Positions 25,546 through 39,400 of a DNA stretch of 64,000 nucleotides are shown here, in pieces. Each line of letters opens with the position of its first letter. The stretch's first letter is position 1. Origin of the DNA: Camelus ferus (taxonomy: Eukaryota). The stretch lies in the NCBI RefSeq assembly GCF_009834535.1, contig NC_045696.1, positions 87,670,001 to 87,734,000 on the forward strand. Reading direction: 5' to 3'. The translations under genes and the position numbers were made by a program. A model generated the notes under the pieces. It saw only the letters and a program-made list of their open reading frames with translations. It was not told where the DNA came from and made no database searches.

Positions 25546-26734
25546 ATGTGTCAATTTCTGGTGTATAGCACAATGTCCCAGTCATGCATCAAGACATTGA
25601 ATATACTTCTCTGTGCTATACAGAAGAAAAATTTTAAATCTATTTTTATATATAGTGGCTAACATTTGTAAATCTCAAACTCCAAAATTTATCCCTTCCC
25701 ACCCTCTTTCCCCAGGTAACCGTAAGATTGTTTATTACGTCTGTGAGTCTGTTTCTGTTTTGTAGATGAGTTCATTAGCATCCTCTTTCTTTCCTTTTTT
25801 AGATTCCACATATGAGTGATATCATATGGTATTTTTCTTTCTCTTTCTGGCTTACTTTACTCAGAATGACAATCTCTAGGTCATTCCATGTTGCTGCAAA
25901 TGGCCTTAATTTTATTATTTTTATGGCTGAATAGTATTCCACTGTATAAATATACCACAACTTCTTTATCCAGTCATCTGTTGATGGACATTTAGGTTGT
26001 TACCGTGTCTTGGCTATTGTAAATAGTGCTGCTATGAACACTGGGGTTCATGTATCTTTTCAAATTAGAGTTCTCTCCAGATATATGCCCAGGAGTGGGA
26101 TTGCTGGATCATACAGTAAGTCTATTTTTAGTTTTTTGAGGAATCTCCATACTGTTTTCCACAATGGCTGCACCAAACTACATTCCCACCAACAGTGTAG
26201 GAGGGTTCCCTTTTCTCCACACCCTCTCCAGCATTTATCATTTGTGGACTTTTTGAATGATGGCCATTCTGACTGGTGTGAAGTGATACCTGATTGTAGT
26301 TTTGATTTGCATTTCTCTGATAATTAGCGATATTGAGCATTTTTTTCATGTGCCTATTGATCACTTGTATGTCTTCATTGGAGAATTGCTTATTTAGGTC
26401 TTCTCCTCATTTCTGGATTGCGTTGTTTGTTTTCTTATTACTAAGTTTTATGAACTGTTAACATATTCTGGAAGTTAAACCTTTGTCAGTCACATCATTT
26501 GCAAATATTTTCTCCCATTCCTGAGGTTGTTGTTTTCTTTTGCTTATGGTTTCCTTTGCTTTGCAAAAGCTTATGAGTTTAATTAGATCCCATTTGTTAA
26601 TTTTTGCTCCTATTTCTATTGCCTGGGTAGACTACCCTAGGAGAACATTGCTAAGATTTATGTCAGAGAATGTTTCTGCCTATATTTCCTCTAGGAGGTT
26701 TATCATATCTTGTCTTATATTGAAGTCTTTAAGC
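25546..26734 (-). mobile_element. Young L1 fragment (ORF2 C-terminus + 3' UTR), antisense
   Basis: Minus-strand peptide [19 protein letters not shown]; 3' UTR similar to the 19423-20003 copy; terminal poly-T missing. Confidence 0.95.
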
Positions 26735-29700
26735 TGAAAATAAGTAATTCTTTAAAGGGACTAGAAGAAAATAGTGCCATGTTTACTAAGGTATCTATCT
26801 AGCTATCCTATCCATCCCTCTGGGTATACATGAAGATGCTTTGAATGTTGTTGTTTTCACTTGTTATGAGCCTTTGGGATTTTTAAAGATTTATTTTTGG
26901 AAGTTGTGTATGTTTGTGTGGGTGCTAGTGTGTGTGAAAGATACAGGTACAGAGTTAAAAAGAAAGAGAGAACCTTAAAATCCACTTCTAGGTTGGGGTG
27001 AATTGACAACTTCGGTATGATATCTTATGATTAAGGGTGTTTTTTGATGAGTTGTATCATTCAGGGACTCCCTCCCCTGACTGCATACCTGCTCTTGTTT
27101 ACAGTTTTCCTTCTATTATCTTTCTCCTCTGAAATTTTCTTCTATTTTTTTCAGTATGCTAACATCTTCCTTGTCAATGGGAAGGAAGGTGGCTTTTCAG
27201 ATACTCTCTTAAGAATTGCTTCTGAATTGTGCTGCTTCACATTTTTCCTGGCATTTTATAGAATTCATTAACAACTTGGCTGCCTTCTTACGTCAATCCA
27301 GCTTATATTTATAGACACAGCTTGTAGTCCTTTTGTAGATAAAACTGTATTTTAAACAAAATGAATGCACAAAAGAAACAATTTCTGGTTAGGTGCTCTG
27401 GATACTGTTTGGCTAATATGACTAACCACTTGAAATCTACTGACCTAAGGGTGCCTAGTTAGGATAAAATAACAATAATAATAAAGTTTATAGTTTATTG
27501 GCTGATGTTTTTTATTTGATTTATGTTTATCCTAAATTTGGAAAGGATGCCTTCTTACTATTGCTTTGAACGTGAATACATTTTATATTTGTGAAAGACA
27601 AATTTCTATTCATGGTCACTAATACTTTCTCAAAACGATAAGCAGTGAATAGACTCTCAAAGGTATATCTTTGGGATGAATTGAGTTTTTTTTCAAGATT
27701 GGAAATTATAAATAGTTTAAAGAGTTGATAAAGCAATAATCTATTTTATGTCAATATTTCCATATCACTGCTTCACTTTAACTACAACATTTTAGTTGGA
27801 GACATTTAGAGGAAAAAGGCTAAGGAAATGACTGGCAAAGAATGCCTCTAAGTTTTCAAGTATGAATTCATCTTGTTTATCCACAATCTGCTCCCACCCA
27901 CTGGAATGAAAGGAGAAAGCTTCACACACTGAAAAACGTCTCTAACTTTCATTAGTTTAAATATTATTGTCCTGTGCAAATACTGTGTAGCCCTAATGCC
28001 CAGCAGCTAAGATGATTAAAGCATTACCACAGAAAAGCTGATGCTATACTTATCATAAAGAGTATACAAATGTCGAGTATAGTGGTGTTGGGTCTAAAAA
28101 GACTTTTTCAATTTTATTTTTCACTTCTCTATTAGCATCATAATACTACAAGAAAAAAAGAATCTGACAGCTACATTATAGATTTATGCAAATTACTTAC
28201 CACAAACTAAGCAAATTAGCAGACACCTTTATACAAGGGGAAAATGTTCCAAAGCAGGTGCACCAGAATTCTTTCATGACTGTCAAAAACCATACCCTGT
28301 GAACTCTTTCTCGAATTAATTTAGAATAATTTCCTCCAAATATAGAAGTCTTCATTCAGACTATCAATTTACAGTGGATTCTAAATGCCAAGCAAACAGT
28401 CTTTAATAGACTTCCTATTTGATTATATGCAAACAATTAGCTGAAAAGAAATTCCTTCCACAGCGGTACAAGGATTTTTAGTATTAACTATTTAACCTTG
28501 TTTGGGTTTTCATTGTTTTTCCCCTTCAATCACTATGTGGCGATCTCACATTCTGTATATTAAAACAAAAGTTAGTATCGACTTCTATCTACTTCTGATG
28601 TATTGCCTTCCACTTCAGAATTCTCCCTGTCCTCATAATGATACAGAATAAATTAAACTTCACTGATTTTCATTATAATTGTAGCAATTGCATAGCCTTT
28701 GTTCTGTCTGTCATTTGCTTTCTCTTCTTTGCCAGGTAAATAATGACAATATCTCTAATTTTTTTTAATAAGTTCTGAATAAAGGGCAACCTGTGCTTTT
28801 TATTGGGCCTATTTTCCTCTCAATTTGTTTAATCAACATTTAAAAGTTAATGTAAACAAACTTGACTGTTGCTTTCAAGATGAAAATATACTTTGACATA
28901 TAATTTTGATTGATTTTTCATCCTAGTACTAGAATTAAAAGAGATTGATCAGTATTAATTAGAAACTTGTTTGAAAACTGCTTATATATTATATACATAA
29001 TACAGTAAGAATATTTGAGATTGTGCTATATAGATTTCCTTCCCCAAAAGATTAAAGCTACCCAAATATTTAATAGCATCAAAAAGAAACTTTAATTATA
29101 AAGTATTGAAGAAAGCTAGCTTAATTCAGGGGGAAAATCTAAATTTCACAATTATTACCTAAATTATATCTTACATTTTCAGATATATAATGTAACTGGA
29201 AAGAGGTTTTAATTTTCTACCAAAACTATTTAAATTAACAAAATTATCATTTAGAAAACTCAACTGCTAGATCTCAAAAACAAATCAAATCTTAGAAAAT
29301 TAAGAATCCAAGTTTTAAAAGGTTCTATGAATGTCCTTTAGTGTGTAAGATTATCTGCATTAATTGCTTATTTAAATAAACCCCTGAAAACATCTCACTA
29401 CAAGTTTTGTAGAAAAATCTATCATTTGCACTAATATAAACTGGTACCATGCCTATTACTCTTCAGTAGTGAGAAATACTAAGTAAATTAATTCATGAGG
29501 CTAGATACATGCAAACTAACTTGGACAAAAATGGTGGTGCTTTTATTTCATTATTATTAATTGCAACTGGTGTTTTAATTTCATTTCTTTTCAATCATGA
29601 CTTTATTTTGTTACAGTTGCTGGCAAAGAATTTGAGTTAAATGAATACACACTTAAAAAAGACAAATTACAAATGGCTTAAAGATATATTTTTAAACGTT

Positions 29701-29739
29701 TAACACCAACAATATCAAAGAAGTTTAAATAAGGCAATA

Positions 29740-30060
29740 AGGATGATTCACTTTTGTCTTATCAAGTTAATAAATTATTGTAAACAATAATTTCCTGAAC
29801 TCAAACATTGCTGTTTGGTGAGTATGTATATTGTTAAAGATCTGGAGGAGAGCACAGTATACTTCAAAATCCTTTATAATTTCATTTCTGGGAATTTATC
29901 CCAAGGAAATAATTTTAATGTTCACTGCATTTTATTTCAGTGAAAATATGAACCCACATTTTAAAATCTACCAATGGATTTATTAAATAAATAACAGTAC
30001 ATGCATAAAACTGGAAACAGTATAGCTTTTAAATATATGAGAATGATATTTATTGCTATC
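29740..30060 (+). mobile_element. L1ME-type relic, host to two later insertions; resumes ~30276-30327 and ~30885-31030
   Basis: aatttcatttctgggaatttatcccaaggaaataat...gttcactgcattttattt. Confidence 0.6.
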
Positions 30061-30066
30061 AAAAGA

Positions 30067-30269
30067 GGAAAATAGAAGAGTAGGGTATTAAGAGGTACAA
30101 ATTATAAAATAAGCTACAAGGATATACTGTATAATACAGGGAATATAGCCAATACTTTCTAATAACTATAAATGGAATGTAACCTTTAAAAACTATGAAT
30201 CACTACATTGTACACCTACAACTTACATATACTGTATAGCAACTATACGTCAATAAAAGAAAAAATTTT
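30067..30269 (+). mobile_element. Short L1 3' end with aaaaga TSD
   Basis: aataagctacaaggatatactgtataatacagggaatatagccaat...caactatacgtcaataaaa; aaaaga at 30061-30066 and 30270-30275. Confidence 0.88.
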
Positions 30270-30327
30270 AAAAGATGTTCATATATTAAAAATTAACTAG
30301 AAAACAATCAACAACACAATATGAAAC

Positions 30328-30878
30328 TGTGAAGAAAGAGCTAACACAGCAGACCTAACTGCTCTACTTTGAAAGGCCTATTTATAAAGTTGACTCTTGG
30401 CTACCATCTGGGAACTTGGATTTTAGGAGGGGTCCCAAGAATATTAACTGAGAAGAGTGGTTCAGTGTACCTCAACTACACAAAAGATATGGTTTATACT
30501 GAATGCCTGCCTTTCTTTGGGGAATGTGGAATTTGCTGATGCATCAGGCAGAGGGCACCTCCATAATCAACATCCAGTAACAACTTAGGCGAAGAGTCTC
30601 TTATGAACTTGCCTCACTGGTGAGTTGGCCACATTTCACATGTTCCATCACAACTCATTCTTGAAAGAATTAAGCAAGTTCTGTGTGACTCCACCAGAAG
30701 ACCCCTGAAGTTTGCAACTGGTTTCCCCAGACTTTACCCACCCACCTTTTCCCTTTGCTGATTTTGCTTTCCATCCTTTCACCAAAATAAATCAAAGTCT
30801 TCATTACGACCATGTATAGGGTCTGCAGAGTCCTCCTAGTAAGACATCAAACCTGGGGGTGGTTAGTGACGCTTGGCA
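30328..30878 (+). mobile_element. Solo ERVL LTR, MER68-like (MER21 group)
   Basis: Starts tgtgaagaaagagctaacacagcag...catctgggaacttgga; 3' ccttttccctttgctgattttgct...aataaatc...gagtcctcctagt...aacctgggggtgg. Confidence 0.88.
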
Positions 30879-33708
30879 CTGAACTTTTGAATACAAATAT
30901 ATACTTATAAATGAATAAGGAAAAAAAATGCTAAGAATATAAGTGGTAAATTTTATACAGCTTTTTTTCTTAATCTTAGTCATCAGTATTGCTATCCTGT
31001 CTACAATGAGTTTTGTAAATACCACAATTATTTAAATGATTCGTTATTTCCCTCTTGTTTCCAAAATTAAAATAAGAATCATAGAATGTAATGTTTATAA
31101 AAGTCGTAATATAATTAGAGGGAGTGAAGCATGGTCAACACTAAATACACAGAAAAGTATATAGTAATTTTCATTATTATGACAAACACTGAAAATATTA
31201 TTAATTTCCTCATTGCTTTCAAAACATTTTATTTGCTAGGATATATAAAATTTTCCGAATGTTAGTTTGCTTCTTAACACCTTCACAAACCAAACAAATT
31301 AAATTTGAAGCAAAAGCTAATCTGTTTCTGTGTTCGACATTTTAAAAATTTTAATAGGTGACATGGATTTTAACATTTTTGTAAGTTTAGTTTCCTCGTG
31401 CACTGATTTTTCTCAACAAGAGTAATTTCTGTTGAGTTCTGAAGTGTTATTCATTTGTTTACCTGCTATTTACTCATCTTCATGTACTTATGGAAGATAA
31501 CTGGAGGAAAACTTTAGGAGAAAATTAATAAATGGACACACAAGTGAAGTAATTTATAATTACTGGTTAATTTGTTTCTAATGAATTGAAAACTGAATGA
31601 GAAAAAAATTTAAATAGTGTTTTTAATTTGTTTATAACAAACTCTTAATCTTCATGTATATTAATTCTAAATCATGTCACCTAACAATGAAATAGAATTT
31701 TTTTTACTTCAAATGAATAGATTGCTGTGGTAGAGCCTAAAACTTTGTTCTTTGGCCAAGAATTCATAAACTTTAAGGCATTTAAAAATTTCACCTATAA
31801 AATATTTTATTTTTACTATTATGTATCAGAAATACAGAACCTCAAAAATAGGCTTAAATTTATTGTAAATTTGGCTTTTGGTACAAATAGGGAAAGAGGC
31901 TAATGTGTATGTTCAAAGATATGGAAAAAGTATGATTCTCAAAAAATTAAGAACTTAAATTTAAAAGTTCGCATTAATGTAAACCTTTTTTATTGTAAAA
32001 TATGTGCTACTTCATATGTCAAAAAGCAGAAACAGAAAATAGAAAACTCCAGTTAAACATAAAAATTTAATAATTTAAAAAAAATTAAATAAAATCTGAC
32101 CACATGTTATCTTTTTAAACTAGAGGATCGATCTCATTTTCTTTCAAATATATTTGCATTAATGTCAGTGAACCACATTGCATTTCAAAGTATAAGTTTT
32201 TGCATGTTAAAATATACTTCCTATCTGGTGCATGGCAAGATTTTCATTGTCATTGTTATTTATTTTGCATTATTAAGATATTTTGGTTTTGATAGGGCAT
32301 ATTGAGGGAAAAATACAGAGAACATTTTCCTTCTATGTTTAAAGCTGTCATTGAAGGTTCCTACCTCTTTTTACTTAATAGAGATTTTCTGGGCCACTCT
32401 ACTGTTTAAAGCCTCTGGTGAAATCACATACTCTTCAGTGTTTGACTGTTTCTTTGGTTTGTCTGTCACTGTGGGAACAATTTAGGTTGCTTGAAGAACG
32501 TGCCCAAAATAATGAAACTGATTGACAGCTGAGCGAGATTAAAAATCCCATAAAAGTAAAAGAAAAGTGAAACATTTTTTTTTGTATCCTTAGGCTTTTT
32601 CTCCTTTTTTTTTTTTTTCACATTTTGAACTGCTATATACTGAATTTAGTGTTTAATTAGTTGGATTCTCATTTTATGGGAGTAAACCACAAAACAGAGA
32701 ACAAAACTGAATTTCTAAGAAATATTTATGCCTTCTTATCCTTGTTTTAATGGTACTGATTTTTATTCTAATACTAACTTACCAAATAGTGTTTAGTTCT
32801 TTTCTTAAAAAAAATCCTCACCATGAATAAATTTAAAAAAGTAAATTTTATAATTTTTAGCTGAGGTTTTCTTTCTAAAATCCTTTCTTTTTCCACTGAT
32901 AACTGAGAATTTTGCAATCATGGATTTCAGAGTTTCATATTATGATTTAGTATGATGTTAAAGAATAATCTGGAAGATCCCTCTTACTTCTATAGAGGTT
33001 TTTTTCAGTGTCCCATCCCTTCAAAAAGCCAAGAATGAACTGGAATAAAGAATGGCAATAATAAATTTTCCAGACTTCATATCAGAGCCAAGATAACATG
33101 GGATAATAAAGGATAACTGGAGAAATGGATGGATGAATAACTAGACTTAACTTCCAACCAAGCTAATAAATATTCTTTTTCTGAGTCTTGTCTTCAGAGA
33201 ATGAGTTTAAACATATCATAGGAATAAATAAACAGCCACTTAAGAACAGCACTTAGGTGTCAAGTTTCCTGGACCAGTTTTATAAATCTGACTCCTCTAA
33301 TCACTGCTGCATCAGTAATATCTGGTCTGCATGAGAAAGGAATGTTCTGAAGTGGCTGAAGTTTCCTTTGGACAAACTGCATGGCTAGGAACAGAAGACC
33401 CACTAGCACTGCCAAGACAGTCCTTGGTGTCTATGCCATCCTTTGGGTGGGACCAAAGTCAGCATGCCCATGTGAAAAAAATCCAAAAGTCAAGATAATT
33501 TTTAGGTACTGCACCTTTCTGATCTTGAGATACAGAGTTAGTTATTGATTCTTCCCAGTTCACAAATTTGGACAATTATTCTAAAATCAACTTAAAAGGA
33601 AATTGACATTAGACCTGCTGATTAACATTTGCTACTTTTGAATCAAGTATTAGAAAATCTTAATGAAAGAACAACTTTTATGAAGAATTTATTTACAAGT
33701 CAGGTGTG

Positions 33709-33769
33709 CTAGGCTTTGAATAAAACTATATGTGCTGCCAAAGTGAGTACTAGGCTTTGAATAAAACTA
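33709..33769. repeat. Local direct duplication, 20-bp exact core, 41-bp period
   Basis: ctaggctttgaataaaacta at 33709-33728 and 33750-33769. Confidence 0.9.
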
Positions 33770-33898
33770 AATTGTCTACATGAAACTGTGGCTTGCTTTT
33801 AAGCTGAGTTTTGGAAAGATTGAGTTTCCAGATATACGCCAAGACTCTTACTTGAGTTTCCAAGTTGGATTATGCATCAAAGTTTATCATCTTTGCAG

Positions 33899-34059
33899 AA
33901 ATGAAGAAAATATAAGAAGAAATCCCTAAAAAAGTTGAATCCTTCTATCTGAACAAAAGAAGTGACTACAAGAATCTGGCATAAGTATTCACATAATTAG
34001 AAAAAAAAAGAACTTGCATTGACAAAACTAGCATATATGTTTTTGATCGAATTGACAAG
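33899..34059 (+). other. Candidate non-coding exon (161 nt)
   Basis: tttatcatctttgcag|AAATGA...GACAAG|gtaaga; stops in all three frames. Confidence 0.3.
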
Positions 34060-34169
34060 GTAAGATTTTCTTTGGTCCCAATATATTAATTTAAATAATA
34101 ACAATAGTACTTACAAAATATAAAAATAAAGAAGATAAAACTAGAAAAGATTTATCTGCTCAAAATTCT

Positions 34170-35345
34170 CCTGCTTTCATAAGCCAGAAACCTGGAAATC
34201 AGCCTTGACTTTTCCCTGTCTGCCAGCTTCCTAATTCATGACTGAACTTGTCCATTTTGTCTTCTATATCTCTCTTGAATTCATGCACAGATTTCCCACT
34301 CTTAATAGTATTTCTCTGTCTTGTCTACCATAATCTCTTACCTGCTTCACAGCTCACACAAATAACTTGTCTCCCCGGATTCCAAATTTTTCTCCTTGTA
34401 TTTCATTTCCCATACCACTAATATTCTTAAAAATATATTCAGTCCTCTCCATCCACTTAAGATGTATAAAGCAGTGAAGAACGTTACTTCCACAGTAACA
34501 GGGAGAAAAATTGGATAAATAACAAGATTATAACTTTTTATTGCATTGGTCAGAGAACTGAGATCATAAGGCAGCTAAGAAACTGGAATTTCAAGGGGAA
34601 AGAACCCTGTAAGGAGAAATATGACAGTGAGGAGAGTCAACGCACAAGAGCGTAAGAAGAAATGGAACAATTTGGTACAGATCAAAGATGGATTAGATTG
34701 TCAGTCTAGAATTCCCTGGAGCCCCAGACACAAGGAGGGATTTGCACATTTGTAAGATCTTTTCTATGGACCTCAACTGGGTGCTTAGAACAAAGATTAG
34801 GGGCTAGAAAAAAAGACCAGAGAGGCCACACTGGTGATGCAGGCATGTAGGAGATGAGGCAAATTTCCAGGGGAGGGACAGCAGACCTACTGCTCTCTTC
34901 TTCCTATAACTAAACTGATTTTCCAATCCTGTTAGACTTCTTTCAATTACTTGCATGTCTTTTGTCATCTCTTACTTTAAGGCTTCTGCAGATGCCATTT
35001 CCTCTGCCTAGTCAATTCCTACCCATTCATTCTCCTGGATAACTTGCTTGCTAATTCTTTAAATATATTCTTAAGTTTGATGTCATTTTCCCTTAGTAAG
35101 TTTTCATTACCTGATTCCATCATTCCTGCTTAAAGATTTAATTTTGTGCCTTGGATGCTTCATCAATCATACTACATGGCTACACTTTTGCACATTTGCT
35201 CTTATTGACTGTTTCTTTCAAACTCTAAGCTTCTTGAGAACAGGGAGCACCTCCATTGTGCACGAATTTATATTTCTAGTACCTAGCACAGAAAAAAAAA
35301 CTGTTCAATACAGACTACTGATAAAAAAATCTATACAGTTTTTGT
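34170..35345 (+). mobile_element. L2 relic interrupted (~34461-34900) by a probable old L1 5'-end fragment
   Basis: aagccagaaacctggaaatcagccttgact... before the insert; aggcttctgcagatgccatttcctctgcctag...ctaagcttcttgagaacaggga...gtacctagcacag after it; the insert switches to purine-rich sequence. Confidence 0.7.
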
Positions 35346-36444
35346 GGATAAATTACATGCGCATACTTCAATGGAACATACTTTGTATTCTTGCTGAATC
35401 TTATTTCTAGTCATCATGATTTTCTTTTCTACATTACTTCTGGGCTTTTGCAGATTTTTAGTTCACACTCTGCCAAACAAGTGCATTCTGTAATAAAAAT
35501 GCTGTATTTTAAAAATAAACAGCCCAGTAATAACTCCTCTGAAGACTTTAATTGGCAACCTAAATATCATGCAAATATAAAGCTTGATTATCAACATTGG
35601 TACCCTTGCTTCCCATTAAGACTTTTCATTCACAATGTAACTTACATTGGAGGAGACTAGCCAACAGTAGAAGATATATATTTGATTATATCTGTGAGCA
35701 GAAACTCAAATTGTTGAAGGAATGCAAAGCATTATAAATTGGGAGAAGAAATTAACTACCAACTTGAGGAACTGAAGTAGCGAAATTTCATTTACCAACA
35801 GAGTTTTATTATAGTTAGTGAACTATATCTATAAAATAAAATTGATTATTTCAATAAGAGCTCTCTCAAAAAGCACAAACATAGCCCACTTGCACTGCTT
35901 TTTCAAAGACACAACAGACTCTTGGGATTGGAGCCTCAAAAGGAAACAGCTATGTATTTTTATACTTTTATCATGAAATGTAACCCATTTTAAGAGAAAA
36001 TTACAAAATTATGTATAAATTTGATATATTTTGATATATAATTGCTTATAATTTCCATACAAAAGTACTAGTGAAAAATTTTAAATGTCTTTTTCTACAT
36101 CTGCTCAAAGTTAAATCAATAAAATAAAAAATATTTTCGCTCCTTAACTGTACTAGTTTAATTATCACTGTTAATCGTAATCTCTCCACAATGTTTCTCG
36201 TCCTGTTGTTATAGCACAATTTGATTGAAAAATGGAAACAGAATATATCTACAATTCTAAGTACCTTTTGCAGTAACCCTTTGATCATCCTCGGGGGATA
36301 TCGTTATGCTGGTTACAAAAATCACTATTTAGAGGCTCTGAGCGTTCTAGCATTAAAATAATCATTTAGGGCATAGTTCTAAGTTAGAAGAATCTTTCTT
36401 ATTACTCAAATAACCTTTCCTTTCCTACTTTTCTAGTTACTTAC

Positions 36445-36487
36445 CAGAAGCCCTACTGATACCAAAAATTAAAGAGACTACCGACAT
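36445..36487 (-). other. Candidate internal exon (43 nt)
   Basis: Minus strand: ctttcactttag|ATGTCG...CTTCTG|gtaagt. Confidence 0.3.
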
Positions 36488-39400
36488 CTAAAGTGAAAGC
36501 TTAACTTGTTTCATGATATTAGATCAATCTTCCAATTCATTGCAATCTACACTTCCTAATTACATGTTACTTTTAATATCACTGATTGACAGAATTTTTC
36601 AGTATTTCATTTGTAACTAAGTTGATGTAAATGTTGCCATAGCCAAGACTGTTCATGGCAAAAGAGCAGCTAGTTGATACAAAATTGGTCTTCTTAATAT
36701 GTCTTTATAATCTTCTCACTATTCTTCAATTTCTGCCTTATAATTGCTTTTTATTTTATTACTATGTCATTTCACGTTTAGATTATAGCTTTGAGCTTGA
36801 AAGCATTTTAGAATTGCCATTTACTAAGCTTCAACTTATACTTTAACCATTGCACAATATTATTTCCTTTAAAAGAATGTTTAGTTTCCTACCTGTCAAG
36901 TTAATTATAAATAGAGAACAATTTTCAAGACAAAAGGTCTTATAGCCTTTTTTTAAGGGAAACAACAATTGTGTTTTTTAAAAAATGAACCAGAGTGCTG
37001 GTCATATTAACTGCAAATAAAACTATCAACATTTCTGAAACTAATATAAGTGTGGAGAAACTCAGCCTTCTGAAATAGCCTGTTCCTCAAATTATCTTAA
37101 GGTATTTGACAATAAATGTAAAGTTTAATGTCTTGATAGCATTATTTTTCTTCAAAGTAAAGAAGATAAACAGTAACAAAGTGATATTATTATTGTTGGT
37201 TGAATATAATAAAACACTAATTTAAAGGGAAAACAATGATAAAATTAGACCAGTTTTATAAAATATATTCAACTTTTATATAATAATAATGTAATGTTCT
37301 TATGACAATGATTTGTCTTTTAGTCTGGCTCTGTGCTATCCTTTATTGTTCTCTGAAACTTGAATATAGGCTTGTCTTTGACAGTTATAAGGAAATGTCT
37401 CAAGATTGCTGTTTTTTAAGATGTTTTCCAAAATGTTCCTAGTTAAAACAAAAGGACAACCAAAAATATAGGAGAAATGACAGCTTGATGTTCTATGTAT
37501 ATCACTTCTTCAAATCATCAATGACAGAATGAATCAGTTTATTTACTAATGCAGAGCATCCCTTTCCAAACTTCAAGGTCAAGTATATTTTTGTAAACCA
37601 AAAATGTTTCCTATGCTGCATCACTTTGAATAAGTAGCAATAAAATCTGCAAGAAAAGAATGAGTTTTCTCTTGCACTTTGAGAAATTGATCAGCTAACA
37701 AGAAAATGTCAATGTAGACAAAATGCTGATGTTAAATAGGGCAAAGGAAAAGTTGCAAAAGCAACTCTAATTTGTTAACCCCAGAAATCTGCATGATTGA
37801 GATTTGTTATACAAAAGAATCTTAGGCATCCCATAATGGCATTTATATACTTTGGGAACCAACACATTTAAGAGCAAAATGAATTGTTTTTTTAAAAGAA
37901 TTTTACATTATTATATCTTTATATTATTGGAAGGTATAAATAAGAATGAAGCACTTAGGAGTTTCTGAAATTCTTCTTTAAATAGAATCCATGATTATCC
38001 TTTTCTGTCTCCTTATTGCCCCTCAGTCCTAACTTCCTGGGACTTTTAAATAACTGTATTGTTAAAGGTAAATAGGAGACTCCTTCAGAGCAAGTATTTA
38101 TTTCTGGATCCAGAGTTTTTTGTTTTGTTTTGTTTTGGGTTTTTATGGCCAAATGAGTTTCATGTAATTTATTCCAACCGTTTCATCATAGTTATTAACT
38201 CTCTCTCTCTCTTTTTTTCAAAGTGATAACCTTCTCAAGATTGCTCCTCCTCTTGTTTGAATCCATTAAGTTCATTGAGGATTGGTTCCTTCAGTTGCAC
38301 TGACTTTCCTCATTAAAGAGAATGAGATTAAACCTGGTGGATCTATTCTGACATTGGCCAGTTCAATGTAGATTTCTTAACTGGTCTGTATGATCTGTGG
38401 CTTATTTTGGGGAAGCCAATTGTTTACTCTTGTCTATTCTAGGGGCCAGAGAACACATGTATTTAATGATACTATGGGATTATAAGACCTTTGTGAAATA
38501 TTTTACACTGTTTTCTCTTAATTTTGATGCATTTGCTCATCTTCTTTATAATATAAATTACATTGTACTCATATAAGGGCTATAAATGACTTCAGGTAAC
38601 AGAGTTCTGACAGGTTAAAGACTCCTCCAAATTTCAACTTTGCAGGGTAACACTATTATTTTATCATTTTTGATGAATAAATAACATTCAAAGTGCTCAA
38701 ATTATGTCAATAATTGGAAAAGGGGAAAAACAAAAAAATGAGATATTTGTATTGTAAATGTTAAAATTTTTAATATTGTTATAAACATAAGTATTCTTAT
38801 TTTCTGAGTGGTCTTTCAATATCACTATTGAAATTAATATTTTTAATTCTTTGTTAAGGAAAGTACATATATAAATTTGAAAGTGTTAATTCAATAATCA
38901 TTTACTTATTAACTATTCTGTATCAGGAACTACATATAATAGTATTATATAAGCCACAAAAATATATAAAAGAGCAAACATAATGGTTATCTGGTATACT
39001 GAATAACTTCTATTAATTATTTTTAGAAGTTTCTCCTTAGATTGCACATTTGAGATTTTATTCCTTTAAAAAGTCCTAATTCAGAGATAATTAATTTTAA
39101 CAGTACTCTTTTAAGCAATAACCAGACATTTTGTCTCTTTATATGAAAGTAGTTCTTCAACATTTAGAAAATCATTATCTAAAAGTATCAAGACTTCTTA
39201 AAGGCATTATATATAACTGGAAATAGACATATAAAGAAAATGAAATTATACACACTGAAGTGAATTTCTCAAATTTTAAATAATTTTCAGATACCAATGA
39301 CAGATTAAAAGTGACAGCAAATTCCACTTTTGCAAATAAATTTCAAATTCTGAACTTAAACCATTTGTTATACATATTTAAGTGTATGAAGTTTGGTGGT

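Noticed and set aside
33250..33450. - strand frame with a hydrophobic stretch (TPRTVLAVLVGLLFLAMQFVQRKLQP), loosely signal-peptide or cystatin-like
   Set aside because: In-frame stop right after the ATG (atg gca tag), no family motifs and no supporting exons
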